The notes under the pieces were generated by a model, which made no database searches, was not told where the DNA came from, and saw nothing but the letters and a program-made list of their open reading frames with translations. Positions 49,955 through 60,226 of a DNA stretch of 64,000 nt are shown one piece after another (position 1 is the first letter of the stretch; each line of letters begins with the position of its first letter). The stretch covers positions 832,001-896,000 of the forward strand of contig JAKFBS010000002.1 in the NCBI GenBank assembly GCA_036677065.1, in the 5' to 3' direction. The DNA is from Bdellovibrio sp. (GTDB lineage Bacteria > Bdellovibrionota > Bdellovibrionia > Bdellovibrionales > Bdellovibrionaceae). Position numbers and translations under genes: made by a program.

Positions 49955-50571
49955 GGAAATCTAAGTGATGTTTTCCATTGATAATCAGTCAGCGCCGTCA
50001 CTTTATCTAAGGCATTTGTTGCGGTATAAACGTAGCGTTCATGCAGCCTGCCGTTACGACCAAACCAGAATTCAATCTCACGAGGCAAGATGCGGTAGCC
50101 TCCCCAATGCGGGGGGCGTGGTACTTTTTGGCCTTCGTATTTTTTTTCGAATTCAGCCATACGTTGATGAAACTGATCAAAACTTTGCAGCTCAGCTGAT
50201 TGAAGCGAGGCCCAGGCCCCTAACTGGCTTAATCGCACACGAGTTGCAAAATATTGATCAGATTCACTGTCTGTTAACCTTTGAGCGATGCCCGAGATAC
50301 GCACTTGTTCATCGACATGTGGCCAGTAGAAGTTAGCACAAATATTGGGGTTAAGATCTAGATCATGGCCTTTGCGGCCACCGTAATTAGTGTAAAAAGA
50401 AAACCCTCCGCGAATCATTCCTTTAAAGTACACGATTCGAACAGAGGGTTCATTTTTTTCGTTCACCGTCGCGATAGACATCGTTTGGTGCTCAGGGATT
50501 CCTTTGATCTGAGCTGCCTTTAATAAGCTTTGAAAATTCAAAAAAGGATCTTTCTTAAAATCAAAGCTCAT
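49951..50571 (-). CDS. pdxH: Pyridoxamine 5'-phosphate oxidase
   Basis: PSVRIV, FYTNY, SQLGAWAS.QS, RPPHWGGY, EFW...RLHER. Confidence 0.95.
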   Translation of the reverse strand: MSFDFKKDPFLNFQSLLKAAQIKGIPEHQTMSIATVNEKNEPSVRIVYFKGMIRGGFSFYTNYGGRKGHDLDLNPNICANFYWPHVDEQVRISGIAQRLTDSESDQYFATRVRLSQLGAWASLQSAELQSFDQFHQRMAEFEKKYEGQKVPRPPHWGGYRILPREIEFWFGRNGRLHERYVYTATNALDKVTALTDYQWKTSLRFP

Positions 50572-50602
50572 ATTGGCAACCCTTTCAAAGAAAAAAGTAT
50601 TA

Positions 50603-51316
50603 CTACTTTTTACCTTTTTTTGCAGCTGGAGCAGCAGGAGCCGCGCCGGCTTTAACGATATCTAATAATTCAACTTCAAATACTAATGCTGAATTTGGTG
50701 GAATACCTGGGCGACCAGATGCACCGTATGCTAATTCAGCAGGGATGAAAAGTTTGTACTTAGAACCAACTTTCATCATTTGTAATGCTTCAGTCCAACC
50801 TGGGATAACGCCGCCAACTGGAAATTCAGCTGGTTGACCACGGTCATAAGAAGAATCGAATTGTTCGCCAGTAGTTAATGTACCTTTGTAGTGACATTTA
50901 ACAGTGTCGTTTTTAGTTGGAGTTGGGCCAGTGCCTTCAGATACAACGATGTATTGTAATCCAGAAGCAGTAACTTTTACGCCTTCAGCAGTTTTATTTT
51001 TTTCTAAAAACTCAGCTGATTTGCCTTTGTTTTTATCGGCTTCTTCAGTTTGTTTTTTCATCGCCATTTCTTGTAACTTCATCATAGCTTTTTGGATTTC
51101 ATCTTCTTTTAATTCAGATTTTCCAGCCATAGCGTCTGTTAAAGAAGCTGCTAAAGTTTTTGCATCGATTTCGATGTTTTGAGCTTTTAAGTTACGGCCA
51201 ATTTGTTGACCGATAGCGTAGCTCGCCTGACCTTTGTCAGATTTAAGATCTGGCTTGTTACAGCCAACAAGTCCAATAACTGCCAATGTAGCAGTCACTA
51301 ACATGATTTTGTTCAT
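50603..51316 (-). CDS. FKBP-type PPIase lipoprotein (FkpA/Mip-like)
   Basis: Lipobox LVGC, SYAIG, TASGLQY, FDSS, VIPGWTE, IPPNSALVFEVELL. Confidence 0.93.
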   Translation of the reverse strand: MNKIMLVTATLAVIGLVGCNKPDLKSDKGQASYAIGQQIGRNLKAQNIEIDAKTLAASLTDAMAGKSELKEDEIQKAMMKLQEMAMKKQTEEADKNKGKSAEFLEKNKTAEGVKVTASGLQYIVVSEGTGPTPTKNDTVKCHYKGTLTTGEQFDSSYDRGQPAEFPVGGVIPGWTEALQMMKVGSKYKLFIPAELAYGASGRPGIPPNSALVFEVELLDIVKAGAAPAAPAAKKGKK

Positions 51317-51419
51317 GGTGTGTTCTCCTGTGTGTGTTTCGTTTTCGTTTACGTTTTTTATAATTTACGTTTACACTAAAAAGCATGATCGAAATCCTAA
51401 ACATTTTCAATCACATAAC

Positions 51420-52292
51420 ATGCTGCACATAAGTCTTTATTTTTTAGCCTTGGTTTCACTCTCGACGTCACCAAATTGGGCAAAACTTAATCAAATGTCG
51501 GCGGCGACCTTAGGTTTTTACCGTTTAGCGGGGGCTGCAATCCTGCTTTTCGCCTATTTATTGTTGTCTAAAAAACTAAAAAAAATCAAATTTGACCAAA
51601 ACTTTGTCTGGGCACTGGCTTCAGGTTTTTTCTTTTTTTTACATCTGTGGACTTACAAATTCGCCTCTAAAAACACTCTTGTATCTAACACCATGATTTT
51701 GTTTGCGACAAACCCCGTCTGGGCCACTTTAGGCGGACAATTGTTCTTTAAAGAAAACATCAAACCCAGAGTGATTTTCTCTTATATGCTGGCCCTGATC
51801 GGCGTTTTTATGCTGGTCGCACAGAACCTGCAACTGACACCTGAAAACCACTTAGGCAATGTCTCGGCGCTAGTGTCTGCGTTTTTCTATGCCCTTTACA
51901 TGTTAACCAGCAAAAAAGCCCGGGCCCATATGGAAAACTTCGATTTTTCATTAGTTCTATACTCAACGTGTGCGTCGATGTTTGGAATTACAGTTCTTTC
52001 AACCGATTCGCCAATGACAGGCTTTGATGCGATCTCTTGGTGGTCAGTCTTAGGGTTAATTATACTACCAACATTCTTAGGCCACATGAGTTTTACTTAT
52101 CTGGTTAAACATATGAATCTAAGCTTGATGAGCTGCGGAAAGCTGATCGAACCTATTATTGCGACCATTTTTGCTTATTTCTTATTTAGCGAACATCTTG
52201 GCAGCAACGCCATTTACGCCTTTATTTTGACAGGTATTTCGGTACTTATTTTATTCTGGCCAAGCCTAAATAAACGCCCAAATATCTCTTAA
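51420..52292 (+). CDS. EamA/DMT family transporter
   Basis: About 10 TM segments, FYRL, TNPVW, GH...EPIIA; start revised to ATG 51420. Confidence 0.88.
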   Translation: MLHISLYFLALVSLSTSPNWAKLNQMSAATLGFYRLAGAAILLFAYLLLSKKLKKIKFDQNFVWALASGFFFFLHLWTYKFASKNTLVSNTMILFATNPVWATLGGQLFFKENIKPRVIFSYMLALIGVFMLVAQNLQLTPENHLGNVSALVSAFFYALYMLTSKKARAHMENFDFSLVLYSTCASMFGITVLSTDSPMTGFDAISWWSVLGLIILPTFLGHMSFTYLVKHMNLSLMSCGKLIEPIIATIFAYFLFSEHLGSNAIYAFILTGISVLILFWPSLNKRPNIS

Positions 52293-53560
52293 AAATTTCC
52301 GATCAGCAAAAAGAAGAAAATCGCTACGCTCGTTGGAGCAAGAGCCGCTAAAAGAAGTTTTGCCGCATTCAGGCTGCCGTTTGGAAAACGCGGCGATAAG
52401 ATTGAAAAGCCTGCCGGATTCGGCGCATTGGCAAGAATTGTTAATCCCCCGCCCGTGATGGCTCCTGAAACCATGGCCCATTTTGAAGTCTCGGTTAAAG
52501 TTTCTACCTGCGAACCCAGATAAGTCAGGGCCGCGTTGTCAGTGATAGCTGTTAACCCCGTTGATGCAAAAAATAAGGTTTTATCTGTGATGACTTCTAG
52601 AATCGGAGTTAACCACCACTTTTGCAATGAACCAAAAGTAATTAAACCCGCTAAGAAAAATCCCACTAGAAAAGCTTCTTTAAACTTTAAACCATCTTGG
52701 TATTTTTTCGTTACTGTTGTTAAACCAATGAAGGCCATAAAGAAACTCATAAACACATTTTGATAATGAGCACTCATCACCACGAACACCATAAGTAAAA
52801 CATGCAGAGTGATAACCCACCAAGGCATTGGGTAATTCTCAGCTTCAAGTTGAGTGACTTGTTCTGAAATTTTTCGTTTGAAGATCACACAAAAGAAAAA
52901 AGCATTTACGAACACCGAACAAATCACGGCTTCGCCTAAATTTATAAAAACATCTTTTAAGCCCCAACCGAATTTTTGCGCCACAATCAGAATCGGAGGC
53001 GCGGCAAAATGCGTAAGCCCCCCGCCAATTGAAATATTCACAAAAAGTAAGGCCAGTACACCGTACAATAATTTTTCGTCGGCTTTATCTAACATGCGGT
53101 AAAGCAATAAGGCCAAAATAGTGATAGCCGCAGGCTCGGTAATAAGTGAACCCAGCATCGGACCAAAACTTAATAGTACAAATATCTGAATGATTTTTTC
53201 ATCAACGGGAATAATTCGGCTAAAAACATGAACGATCGACAGCAAAAACGTTCGCGCAATTGTAACAATCGGGCGCGTTGACGCTAAGATCATAATACAA
53301 AATACAAACAGGGGCTCTGTCATATTCAGCGACTGCTGGTATTCAATAACTGGTGCCGGGCCAGCTAATATGGCCCAGGTCGATAGAAAAATGGCGGCCC
53401 AAAAACCAAAGACGACTTCAACTTCAGCCAGTAAATGAAAAAAAGATTCACCGATTGAATCTTCTGGAAACCGCTTGCTGATCTTAGCAAAAACAGGCGT
53501 TAAAAAGCTGTGCACCAAAGCACCAGCTAAGAAAATGGTCGATAGAACTTCTATTGGCAT
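52289..53560 (-). CDS. Putative Na+/H+ antiporter family membrane protein
   Basis: HLLAEVEVVFGFW, GSLITEPAA, NISIGGGLTHFAAPP, TDNAALTYL, ANAPNPAG. Confidence 0.8.
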   Translation of the reverse strand: MPIEVLSTIFLAGALVHSFLTPVFAKISKRFPEDSIGESFFHLLAEVEVVFGFWAAIFLSTWAILAGPAPVIEYQQSLNMTEPLFVFCIMILASTRPIVTIARTFLLSIVHVFSRIIPVDEKIIQIFVLLSFGPMLGSLITEPAAITILALLLYRMLDKADEKLLYGVLALLFVNISIGGGLTHFAAPPILIVAQKFGWGLKDVFINLGEAVICSVFVNAFFFCVIFKRKISEQVTQLEAENYPMPWWVITLHVLLMVFVVMSAHYQNVFMSFFMAFIGLTTVTKKYQDGLKFKEAFLVGFFLAGLITFGSLQKWWLTPILEVITDKTLFFASTGLTAITDNAALTYLGSQVETLTETSKWAMVSGAITGGGLTILANAPNPAGFSILSPRFPNGSLNAAKLLLAALAPTSVAIFFFLLIGNF

Positions 53561-54345
53561 AGATTTTTGTTAACTTCCATATACTGATGCTGTTCTTTGA
53601 TCTCGGATGCAGAAACACTCAGGTCATCTACACTACAGTGATTTTCTTTAATTTCATTTTCAATGGCCATCACTTCACGCGGAGTCATTTTTAAATTCCA
53701 GATGTATTTAATTTCTAACCAGTTACGTAAATATTCACAAACATAAGCTTTTGTTGGTGGCACATATTCTAACGGGCTTTTGTCGCTTTTTTTCATGTTC
53801 TCGGGGCCATTCACAGCCAACAGATGAAATTTGTTTCCTAAAAAATTGGCGTATAAGCAGCGTTTTGCTTTATCCCAAGTATGACCACCCGTCATGTAAG
53901 CGTTTTTAAGCGCAACCACGTGATCAATTTGAACATCATTAGCATCATTGTAAGTTTGGTTTGTGTAGGGATCAAACCACTGCCCTGCAGTCACAGTGCA
54001 TTTATCATTAACACTAATATCGACGATAGAATCACGCTTTAAAACGATACCGCGCGTGTTTAAACAAACGTCTTTAACAGGTTTGATCCATTCACCGAAT
54101 TGATCATCGCGATCGTAATCAACAGCCGGTTGCGGAAAATTTGAATTTACTTTTTTAAATGCAGCTAAGTTAATGCGCTCGCTAGTCGGCGCCGCAAAAA
54201 CAAAATAAGAAGAGTATTTAAAGGTTTCTTGGCTTGCCTGAGTAAGCTCGTTATAAGCCCAAGTTTGCGCAATAGAAGAATCATAAGCCTGTGCAGATAC
54301 CGCGAAAAACAACAGCCCTGTTAATAAGAAATTTTTTAGCATCAT
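53551..54345 (-). CDS. Secreted HNH (DUF1524-like) nuclease
   Basis: YDR..FG.W, C.NTR..VL.RD, W.DPY, IDHVV, LLAV...N..KSDK. Confidence 0.85.
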   Translation of the reverse strand: MMLKNFLLTGLLFFAVSAQAYDSSIAQTWAYNELTQASQETFKYSSYFVFAAPTSERINLAAFKKVNSNFPQPAVDYDRDDQFGEWIKPVKDVCLNTRGIVLKRDSIVDISVNDKCTVTAGQWFDPYTNQTYNDANDVQIDHVVALKNAYMTGGHTWDKAKRCLYANFLGNKFHLLAVNGPENMKKSDKSPLEYVPPTKAYVCEYLRNWLEIKYIWNLKMTPREVMAIENEIKENHCSVDDLSVSASEIKEQHQYMEVNKNLCQ

Positions 54346-54422
54346 CCCTCAACCCCTTCCTTGAAGTTTGAAATCAACTTGGCTACATTTCATTAAATTA
54401 ACAGAGAGAATTCAAGACAATA

Positions 54423-55337
54423 ATGAAAGATACTTTTAAACCTTTATTTTGTGCCTCATCTTTTTACACAGAATATCAAGATTCATTCAGGATCATTGAT
54501 GCAGCTGTTTATGAATTGCATTGGGATAAAACTTCTGAAGTGATGCTTTGGGCAGCTTTGTTATCAATGCTAAGACGCCGCACAGACTGGTTTCAGGGCA
54601 TCAGTTCCACAATGCCTCAAAGTAAATCAGACACTATTCCCCACTATGAGATCTACGCACTCACACAGAAATTAAAAATCGATTGGCCAAAAAAATTAGC
54701 GAAAGATATTTCATTTGCCGAATTTTTAAGAACCGTAAAAATTAAACCGCTGCCTGCAGTTGCACAAACGGCGATGTATTTTATTTTTACCAAAAAATAT
54801 CCGATCACAGTTTTAGATTACGAACCCAGCCCGAAAGAACTTTTGCAGATTCAGTGCAAAGGCCAAAGAATCATTACCTTCAAAAATGACTTCGCCCAGT
54901 GGCCGACCCAAAAGTTTGGCAAACGCGACCCGCTCAGCTTTTGGTTACACGACTGCATTCATGCAGAACATTTTTTTTCTCAGCCAGACAACTTCAAGGC
55001 CCAGCTTGGTTTTTACAAATTCGTGGCTGATGCGCATGCCGCCCGTTGTTGGCCTGAACATGCTGATAATCAAGGGTTTGAGGGCGATTTTTCTTACCTA
55101 ATTTCTGATATGAATTCACACCCACTGCACCTTTTTAAGACCCTAAAAGCGATCACCGATATTCATTTTAAAGCTGAATCTATTGGCATTTGGAACAAGG
55201 TCATAGCGACTTCGCAAGGGTCAACAGAAGAGTTGAATGCTTTGCGTAATCTCAATACCACTTATTTTGTCGATAACGACTGCGACGCCCTGCTGCAATT
55301 AACAAAACGTCTGGGAGCACAGAGCTATCAAAGTTAG
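54423..55337 (+). CDS. Hypothetical protein with HDxxHxxH motif
   Basis: 304-aa open frame; RDPLSFWLHDCIHAEHF, YLISDMNSH. Confidence 0.65.
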   Translation: MKDTFKPLFCASSFYTEYQDSFRIIDAAVYELHWDKTSEVMLWAALLSMLRRRTDWFQGISSTMPQSKSDTIPHYEIYALTQKLKIDWPKKLAKDISFAEFLRTVKIKPLPAVAQTAMYFIFTKKYPITVLDYEPSPKELLQIQCKGQRIITFKNDFAQWPTQKFGKRDPLSFWLHDCIHAEHFFSQPDNFKAQLGFYKFVADAHAARCWPEHADNQGFEGDFSYLISDMNSHPLHLFKTLKAITDIHFKAESIGIWNKVIATSQGSTEELNALRNLNTTYFVDNDCDALLQLTKRLGAQSYQS

Positions 55338-55418
55338 CCCTTCGAAAGTCTAAAGCCCCTTGGTATACTCGTTAGTGTGTCGGATATGACACATCAAAAG
55401 ATATAGAAAGGAGGCAAA

Positions 55419-55565
55419 ATGGAAATTAGCACTGCGAAAAATTCGAACGCGAAAACTGAAACTCAAAATTCAGCAAACACCACTTCGGCGAATCATTCAG
55501 CGCCTCAACAGGCGAAACCACTTGCTCTTAAAAAGCGTAAACGCAAAGCCCCTGCTGGCTGGTAG
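55419..55565 (+). CDS. Unannotated 48-aa small protein with basic tail
   Basis: SD AAGGAGG, upstream extended -10 TGGTATACT (55361-55369), hairpin directly after the stop. Confidence 0.65.
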   Translation: MEISTAKNSNAKTETQNSANTTSANHSAPQQAKPLALKKRKRKAPAGW

Positions 55566-55616
55566 CACCCTTCAAAGGTGCTTCCGCCGCGGCTAGCGGC
55601 GTGATAGATTTTTCTC

Positions 55617-56231
55617 ATGAAATTATATTACTCTCATATTTCTCCGTTCACCCGTAAGGTGCTAGCAACTGCAATCATTGCTGGCCTTGACGACAAAATC
55701 GAAATCATCGACCTCATGGCCTCTGGCACATTTCAACCTACCGACGAATTTAAAAAAGCTAATCCGTTAGCAAAAATTCCGACTCTGGTTTTGGCTGGCG
55801 GCGAAGCTGTCATTGATTCTCCGGTGATCTGCGAATACTTAGATGCAAAATCTGTAAAGGGTTCGATTTACCCTAAAAATGAAGAAGCTTATTTCTTACA
55901 AAAAAAGTTCGAAGCTTTAGCTGATGGCTGTATGGATGCGGCGGTTCTTAGAAGATACGAATCACTTCGCCCAGCGGCTCAGCAAAGTGCCGAGTACGAT
56001 GAAAAACAAAAAGAGAAAATGGCTTTAAGTTTTGCGTACTTTGAATCGATGGTTTCTAAACTTGGAACTTCTGAATTCTTTATCGGCGAAATCAGCATCG
56101 TTTCGATGATTGGTTATGCGGACTACCGTTTTGCTTCAGAAAACTGGCTGGCTAAAGCTCCGAATTTGAAAAAATGGTATGATCAGGTTCGGATTTTACC
56201 GCTGTTTACCCAAACAGAGCCTAAAAAATAG
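55617..56231 (+). CDS. Glutathione S-transferase
   Basis: SPFTRKV, NPLAKIPTL, DSPVICEYLD. Confidence 0.92.
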   Translation: MKLYYSHISPFTRKVLATAIIAGLDDKIEIIDLMASGTFQPTDEFKKANPLAKIPTLVLAGGEAVIDSPVICEYLDAKSVKGSIYPKNEEAYFLQKKFEALADGCMDAAVLRRYESLRPAAQQSAEYDEKQKEKMALSFAYFESMVSKLGTSEFFIGEISIVSMIGYADYRFASENWLAKAPNLKKWYDQVRILPLFTQTEPKK

Positions 56232-56318
56232 GTTTTTTCTTCAGAATTTAACCCTGTTATTTGACAAGGGTTCGGTTCGCCTTTAAAACAATTGTTCACT
56301 TTGAATATCTTTGTCGGT

Positions 56319-56395
<77 letters not shown>

Positions 56396-56405
56396 ATTTT
56401 TTTTA

Positions 56406-56518
56406 GTTTGTCGCAAGACAAACACATAGCTCCGAGGGTGCGCCCGAGGAGAGTCTCTCTGGAAATGAGCCTCTAGGAGAGATATTAAACCCGCAGAAAT
56501 GTGGGTTTTTTACTTTTA
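56406..56518 (+). ncRNA. Structured tRNA-trailer element, full copy 1 (three hairpins plus terminator); candidate ncRNA or ssDNA site
   Basis: GTTTGTC-GCAA-GACAAAC; CTCC-GA-GGG-TGCG-CCC-GA-GGAG; TCTCT-CTGGA-loop-TCTAG-G-AGAGA; AAACCCGCA-GAAA-TGTGGGTTT+T tract. Confidence 0.55.
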
Positions 56519-56669
56519 GAACCAGATTCGTAAACTTAACGTTTCTTTGTTATCTTCAAGATTCAATTTTTTTTGAAATTTTTTATTAAGAATCAGATAA
56601 ACGTTCTTTTCGAGAATGCTCGAGTTTATTTAATAATTCAATTTTAGCATGGTCGTCTAAATTTACGAA

Positions 56670-57293
56670 CTAGTTCTTTTGATTCCAAACGCAAGTTTGC
56701 TTGATTGCTGGTAAGCGAAAAGAAAGATTATTAGTGCCTCTTACTCTTTCATCAGCTGTACGGATAGAAACTAACTGACCAGTTGCATTTTTAGTAAATA
56801 CAGTTTGATCGTTGTTAGCATAGCAGCCTTGAAAAACGTAAACGCCATTAACATGACCGTACTCACAGCCTCTTAAGAGTGGCGGAGTCAAATCATCAGT
56901 TGTTTTAACTGTAGAAACTTTTAATGTGATTGCATCAGCCGTAGTTTCAGCTGTGTAAACGTAAGCGTAGTCTTTACCTTGGCCGATTAAACCTTGGTTG
57001 TTATCAACGCCAGTGTAACCACGGCGAACGAATTTTGCGACTTGTTTTACGTTTTCAACATTGCCAGAAGCTAAGTGTTGTAATTTCTTAGGTAAGTCGT
57101 AGCCACCGAAAAATTGTAATGTCGTGATTGGTAAAATTTGTTTTTCACCTGCGAAGTTTTTGAATTCGCCAATGTATAACGCTTGTTCTGTTTCATAGCC
57201 GCCATAATTACATACGCCAGTGTATTGACCTACAGTGAATGCCTGGGCTTGAATTCCTGCGAAAGCGACTGCTAATAAGATAAATTTTTTCAT
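56670..57293 (-). CDS. Secreted hypothetical protein
   Basis: Signal peptide ending AQA, 4 Cys, SD AGGAG, promoter TTGACG-N17-TAGTTT (57357-57329). Confidence 0.8.
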   Translation of the reverse strand: MKKFILLAVAFAGIQAQAFTVGQYTGVCNYGGYETEQALYIGEFKNFAGEKQILPITTLQFFGGYDLPKKLQHLASGNVENVKQVAKFVRRGYTGVDNNQGLIGQGKDYAYVYTAETTADAITLKVSTVKTTDDLTPPLLRGCEYGHVNGVYVFQGCYANNDQTVFTKNATGQLVSIRTADERVRGTNNLSFRLPAIKQTCVWNQKN

Positions 57294-57467
57294 GAAGACT
57301 CCTATAGGTTTTTTATATTCAGGTCAGAAAACTAGGAGTTTATTTAAAAGACGTCAAATTAATTTAAGTAATGATATCGTAACTTAAATTAATGGATCAA
57401 GGCGTAATGTTATTTACAGATAACAGCAGAAGTATTTATCTGCCTGAAAAGGAAGCGATGGGTCGCA

Positions 57468-57527
57468 TTTGTCGCAAGACAAACACATAGCTCCGAGGGT
57501 GCGCCCGAGGAGAGTCTCTGTGGAAAT
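57468..57527 (+). repeat. Trailer element, left-half copy
   Basis: 59/60 identical to 56407-56466. Confidence 0.95.
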
Positions 57528-57540
57528 TGGTCTTGTGATC

Positions 57541-58203
57541 TTAAGTTTTTGTCGAAACTTTTCCATCAACAAGATAAATTTCTCTACTCGCAAGTTTTGC
57601 AAAATCAGGATCATGAGTGACTAGGACTATAGTGGTTTTCCACTCTTGATTAGCGCGCATAAGAATTTTCATCACCACTTCAGCATTTGCTGTATCTAAA
57701 TTGCCCGTAGGTTCATCTGCAAAAAGATATTTAGGTTTTAAAATCAGAGCGCGCGCAATGGCAACTCGCTGCTGTTCGCCCCCTGACATTTGCGAAGGAA
57801 ACTTATCCTTTTGCGCCAACACTCCAAGTTCTTCAAGCAGTGACAACGCTAAAGGCGTACATTCTGCTATCAGGTTTAAATTTCGTGCGGGCAATAATAC
57901 GTTTTCAAGCGCTGTTAATTCAGGTAACAAATAATGAAATTGAAAAACAAAGCCCACCTTTTTATTACGAAATAGATGCAATTCATCGCTCGATATCTGC
58001 TGACCATTCGTATTATCTATAAATAGTTCACCCGATGTCGCATTATCTAAAGTGCTTATGATATATAATAAAGTACTTTTTCCGCTTCCAGATTTTCCAG
58101 AAATGGCGACGAATTCTCCGTCTTTTATAGATATAGAGACATTGTGCAGAACTGTCTGCGCAGGAATTCCGAAAGATTTATTTATATTTTTTGTCGTAAT
58201 CAT
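57541..58203 (-). CDS. LolD/MacB-type ABC ATPase
   Basis: [23 protein letters not shown]. Confidence 0.92.
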   Translation of the reverse strand: MITTKNINKSFGIPAQTVLHNVSISIKDGEFVAISGKSGSGKSTLLYIISTLDNATSGELFIDNTNGQQISSDELHLFRNKKVGFVFQFHYLLPELTALENVLLPARNLNLIAECTPLALSLLEELGVLAQKDKFPSQMSGGEQQRVAIARALILKPKYLFADEPTGNLDTANAEVVMKILMRANQEWKTTIVLVTHDPDFAKLASREIYLVDGKVSTKT

Positions 58204-59444
58204 GTTTCAGACCTTATGATATCCATTGGAGTTAGATTTTTAGCTTCCCAAGCAGGAATAAAACTGGCGATCAAGGCTGAAATATTAGCTGTAATAAACG
58301 CACTGAAATATATCTGCCAATCGTAACTGATCAGCAAATTATTGCTGCCGCCAATTTCAAAACCAAAATTAATGGAACCAATCCATAGACACATCAACCA
58401 ACCAAGAAATAAACCTAAAAGGCCGCCCACCATACCTAAAACTATTCCTTGATAGAAAATAAGCTGAAAAATTCTTGCGGGCGAATAGCCAATAGCTCGC
58501 AGGATGGCAATTTCACGCTTTTTTTGGTTTATCATGATCGTTAGTACATTATAGATTCCGAAAGCGGCTACCAATAACACAGACCAAGTAATAAAATACC
58601 GTGAAAAATCTTGCACACCGATGACTTCCATAAAAGCTTTATTAGCTTCTTTCCAATCTTGGACTTTATCTGTGCTGATATTTTTCCAGAAATTGGCTGT
58701 GATATTTGATTTTTCAACATCCCATAAAGCCACTGCGATTTCACTTACACGACCGGGCCGCTGAGTCACCGTTTGTACGTTCTTTAAATGGGCATAAGCT
58801 ATCGATTGATCAATTTGTTCATTGCCAAAATGAAGTATCCCCACAATTTTATAAGGACGACTCAGACCTGCACGTGAACTCACATTCACAATTTGATTTA
58901 AGTGAACACCAAGTTTTTTTGCGACGCCACTGCCAATAACTAAGCTATTGCCGCCGCTTTTTAAGTTTAAAAATGAACCTTGCTTTATATATTTTTCGAT
59001 GTGACTTACACGAGCATGTTTTTCAGGTAAGGTTCCAATTAAATTAACTGGTGCTGAAAACTGACCGCTACCAAGTAGAACATTAGTCGACAATCGTGGT
59101 GAATAGTCTAAAACTTCGGTTTCTTTATCAAGAAATTGATACCATCCTTGAACATTTTTAATCTTTGTTTCATCACGTTTTCCCGCCGGCGCTACCCGCC
59201 AAAAAACATTTTTGTTATCACCATAAAGAACCTCTGTAATTGATTCAGGTAATATATCTTTTTCTGAACCCGAAATTAAAATGTGGGCGGTGTTACTAAG
59301 AAGCTGTTCGAAAATATATTCGCGCATTCCCAATTGAAGACCTGTTATACTGACATAAAGAAGCGTTCCAAAACTAATTCCTAATAGAATCAACAAAGTC
59401 TGTTTTTTTCTTGAAATAAGCTGTCGCCATGAAAGAAAAAACAT
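58200..59444 (-). CDS. MacB/FtsX-type ABC permease
   Basis: TLLILLGISFG, AAFGIYNVL, REIAILRAIG. Confidence 0.9.
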   Translation of the reverse strand: MFFLSWRQLISRKKQTLLILLGISFGTLLYVSITGLQLGMREYIFEQLLSNTAHILISGSEKDILPESITEVLYGDNKNVFWRVAPAGKRDETKIKNVQGWYQFLDKETEVLDYSPRLSTNVLLGSGQFSAPVNLIGTLPEKHARVSHIEKYIKQGSFLNLKSGGNSLVIGSGVAKKLGVHLNQIVNVSSRAGLSRPYKIVGILHFGNEQIDQSIAYAHLKNVQTVTQRPGRVSEIAVALWDVEKSNITANFWKNISTDKVQDWKEANKAFMEVIGVQDFSRYFITWSVLLVAAFGIYNVLTIMINQKKREIAILRAIGYSPARIFQLIFYQGIVLGMVGGLLGLFLGWLMCLWIGSINFGFEIGGSNNLLISYDWQIYFSAFITANISALIASFIPAWEAKNLTPMDIIRSET

Positions 59445-59446
59445 AA

Positions 59447-60226
59447 TTAATCCTTGCTGACCAGAATTTCATCTTGATCATCAAATTGGATATTTTTTAT
59501 TTCTGCAGACAAACCATCTATTAGGCCAACTTCAGCTTTAATTTTTTCTGTTTTCTGACCACGGCGCACTAATAAAAAGCCACTTCTTAATGATTTTAAC
59601 GGAACTAAAGTTCCAGTGATTTTACCGATTTCGACAGAAATGTCGGCTGTCATTCCTGGTAAAATATTATTTTGTAAATGAGGAACTTCCAAAATAGCCA
59701 AGAATTCATTTTCTTTAGGAAAAACTGAAATTACTTTACCCTGAAGTACTTCGCCTCTTAAAGATTCAAACGAAATTCTTGCGTTCTGACCTTTTTTTAA
59801 TCTTAAAGCGGCTTCTTGTTCTAACGAAATTTCGATATAACGATCATTTAAATCTTCTAAGCGAACAGCAACTAATTGTGAAGTCGCTGTTTCGCCCTCT
59901 TGAAATGACACTAAAGTGATTGTTCCAGCAAATGGTGCTTTAATGACTGTGCTTGAATCAAATTCAATAAGCTTCTGTCCTTTGCTGACCACTTCGCCTT
60001 CTTTAACAAAGACCTTGCTGACTGTCGCCATGACCCCTAATTTCACATCGTAACGATGATTCGACTTTACTTTACCTAACCCATAGACTGCTTCAAAAAT
60101 TTCTCCCTGAACTGGACGGACTAATGTGTAATTCCGATACTGGAAATAATTCTTTAATACAAATCCAAGAACCCCTAGAATGACAATTGCAATAACAATT
60201 AATCTTAACTTAAATTTGCCGTTCAT
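59447..60226 (-). CDS. Efflux membrane-fusion (periplasmic adaptor) protein
   Basis: N-terminal TM, VKEGEVVSKGQKL, IKAPFAGTI, LPGMTA. Confidence 0.85.
   Translation of the reverse strand: MNGKFKLRLIVIAIVILGVLGFVLKNYFQYRNYTLVRPVQGEIFEAVYGLGKVKSNHRYDVKLGVMATVSKVFVKEGEVVSKGQKLIEFDSSTVIKAPFAGTITLVSFQEGETATSQLVAVRLEDLNDRYIEISLEQEAALRLKKGQNARISFESLRGEVLQGKVISVFPKENEFLAILEVPHLQNNILPGMTADISVEIGKITGTLVPLKSLRSGFLLVRRGQKTEKIKAEVGLIDGLSAEIKNIQFDDQDEILVSKD

Noticed and set aside
53551..54345. HNH protein as a GmrSD restriction or homing endonuclease
   Set aside because: It has a signal peptide, no DUF262 partner and no intron context; it fits a secreted nuclease
55539..55565. RAPP/RAGP-type ribosome arrest motif in the small ORF
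   Set aside because: RKAPAGW does not match the motif, and the downstream GST gene appears to have its own -10 box
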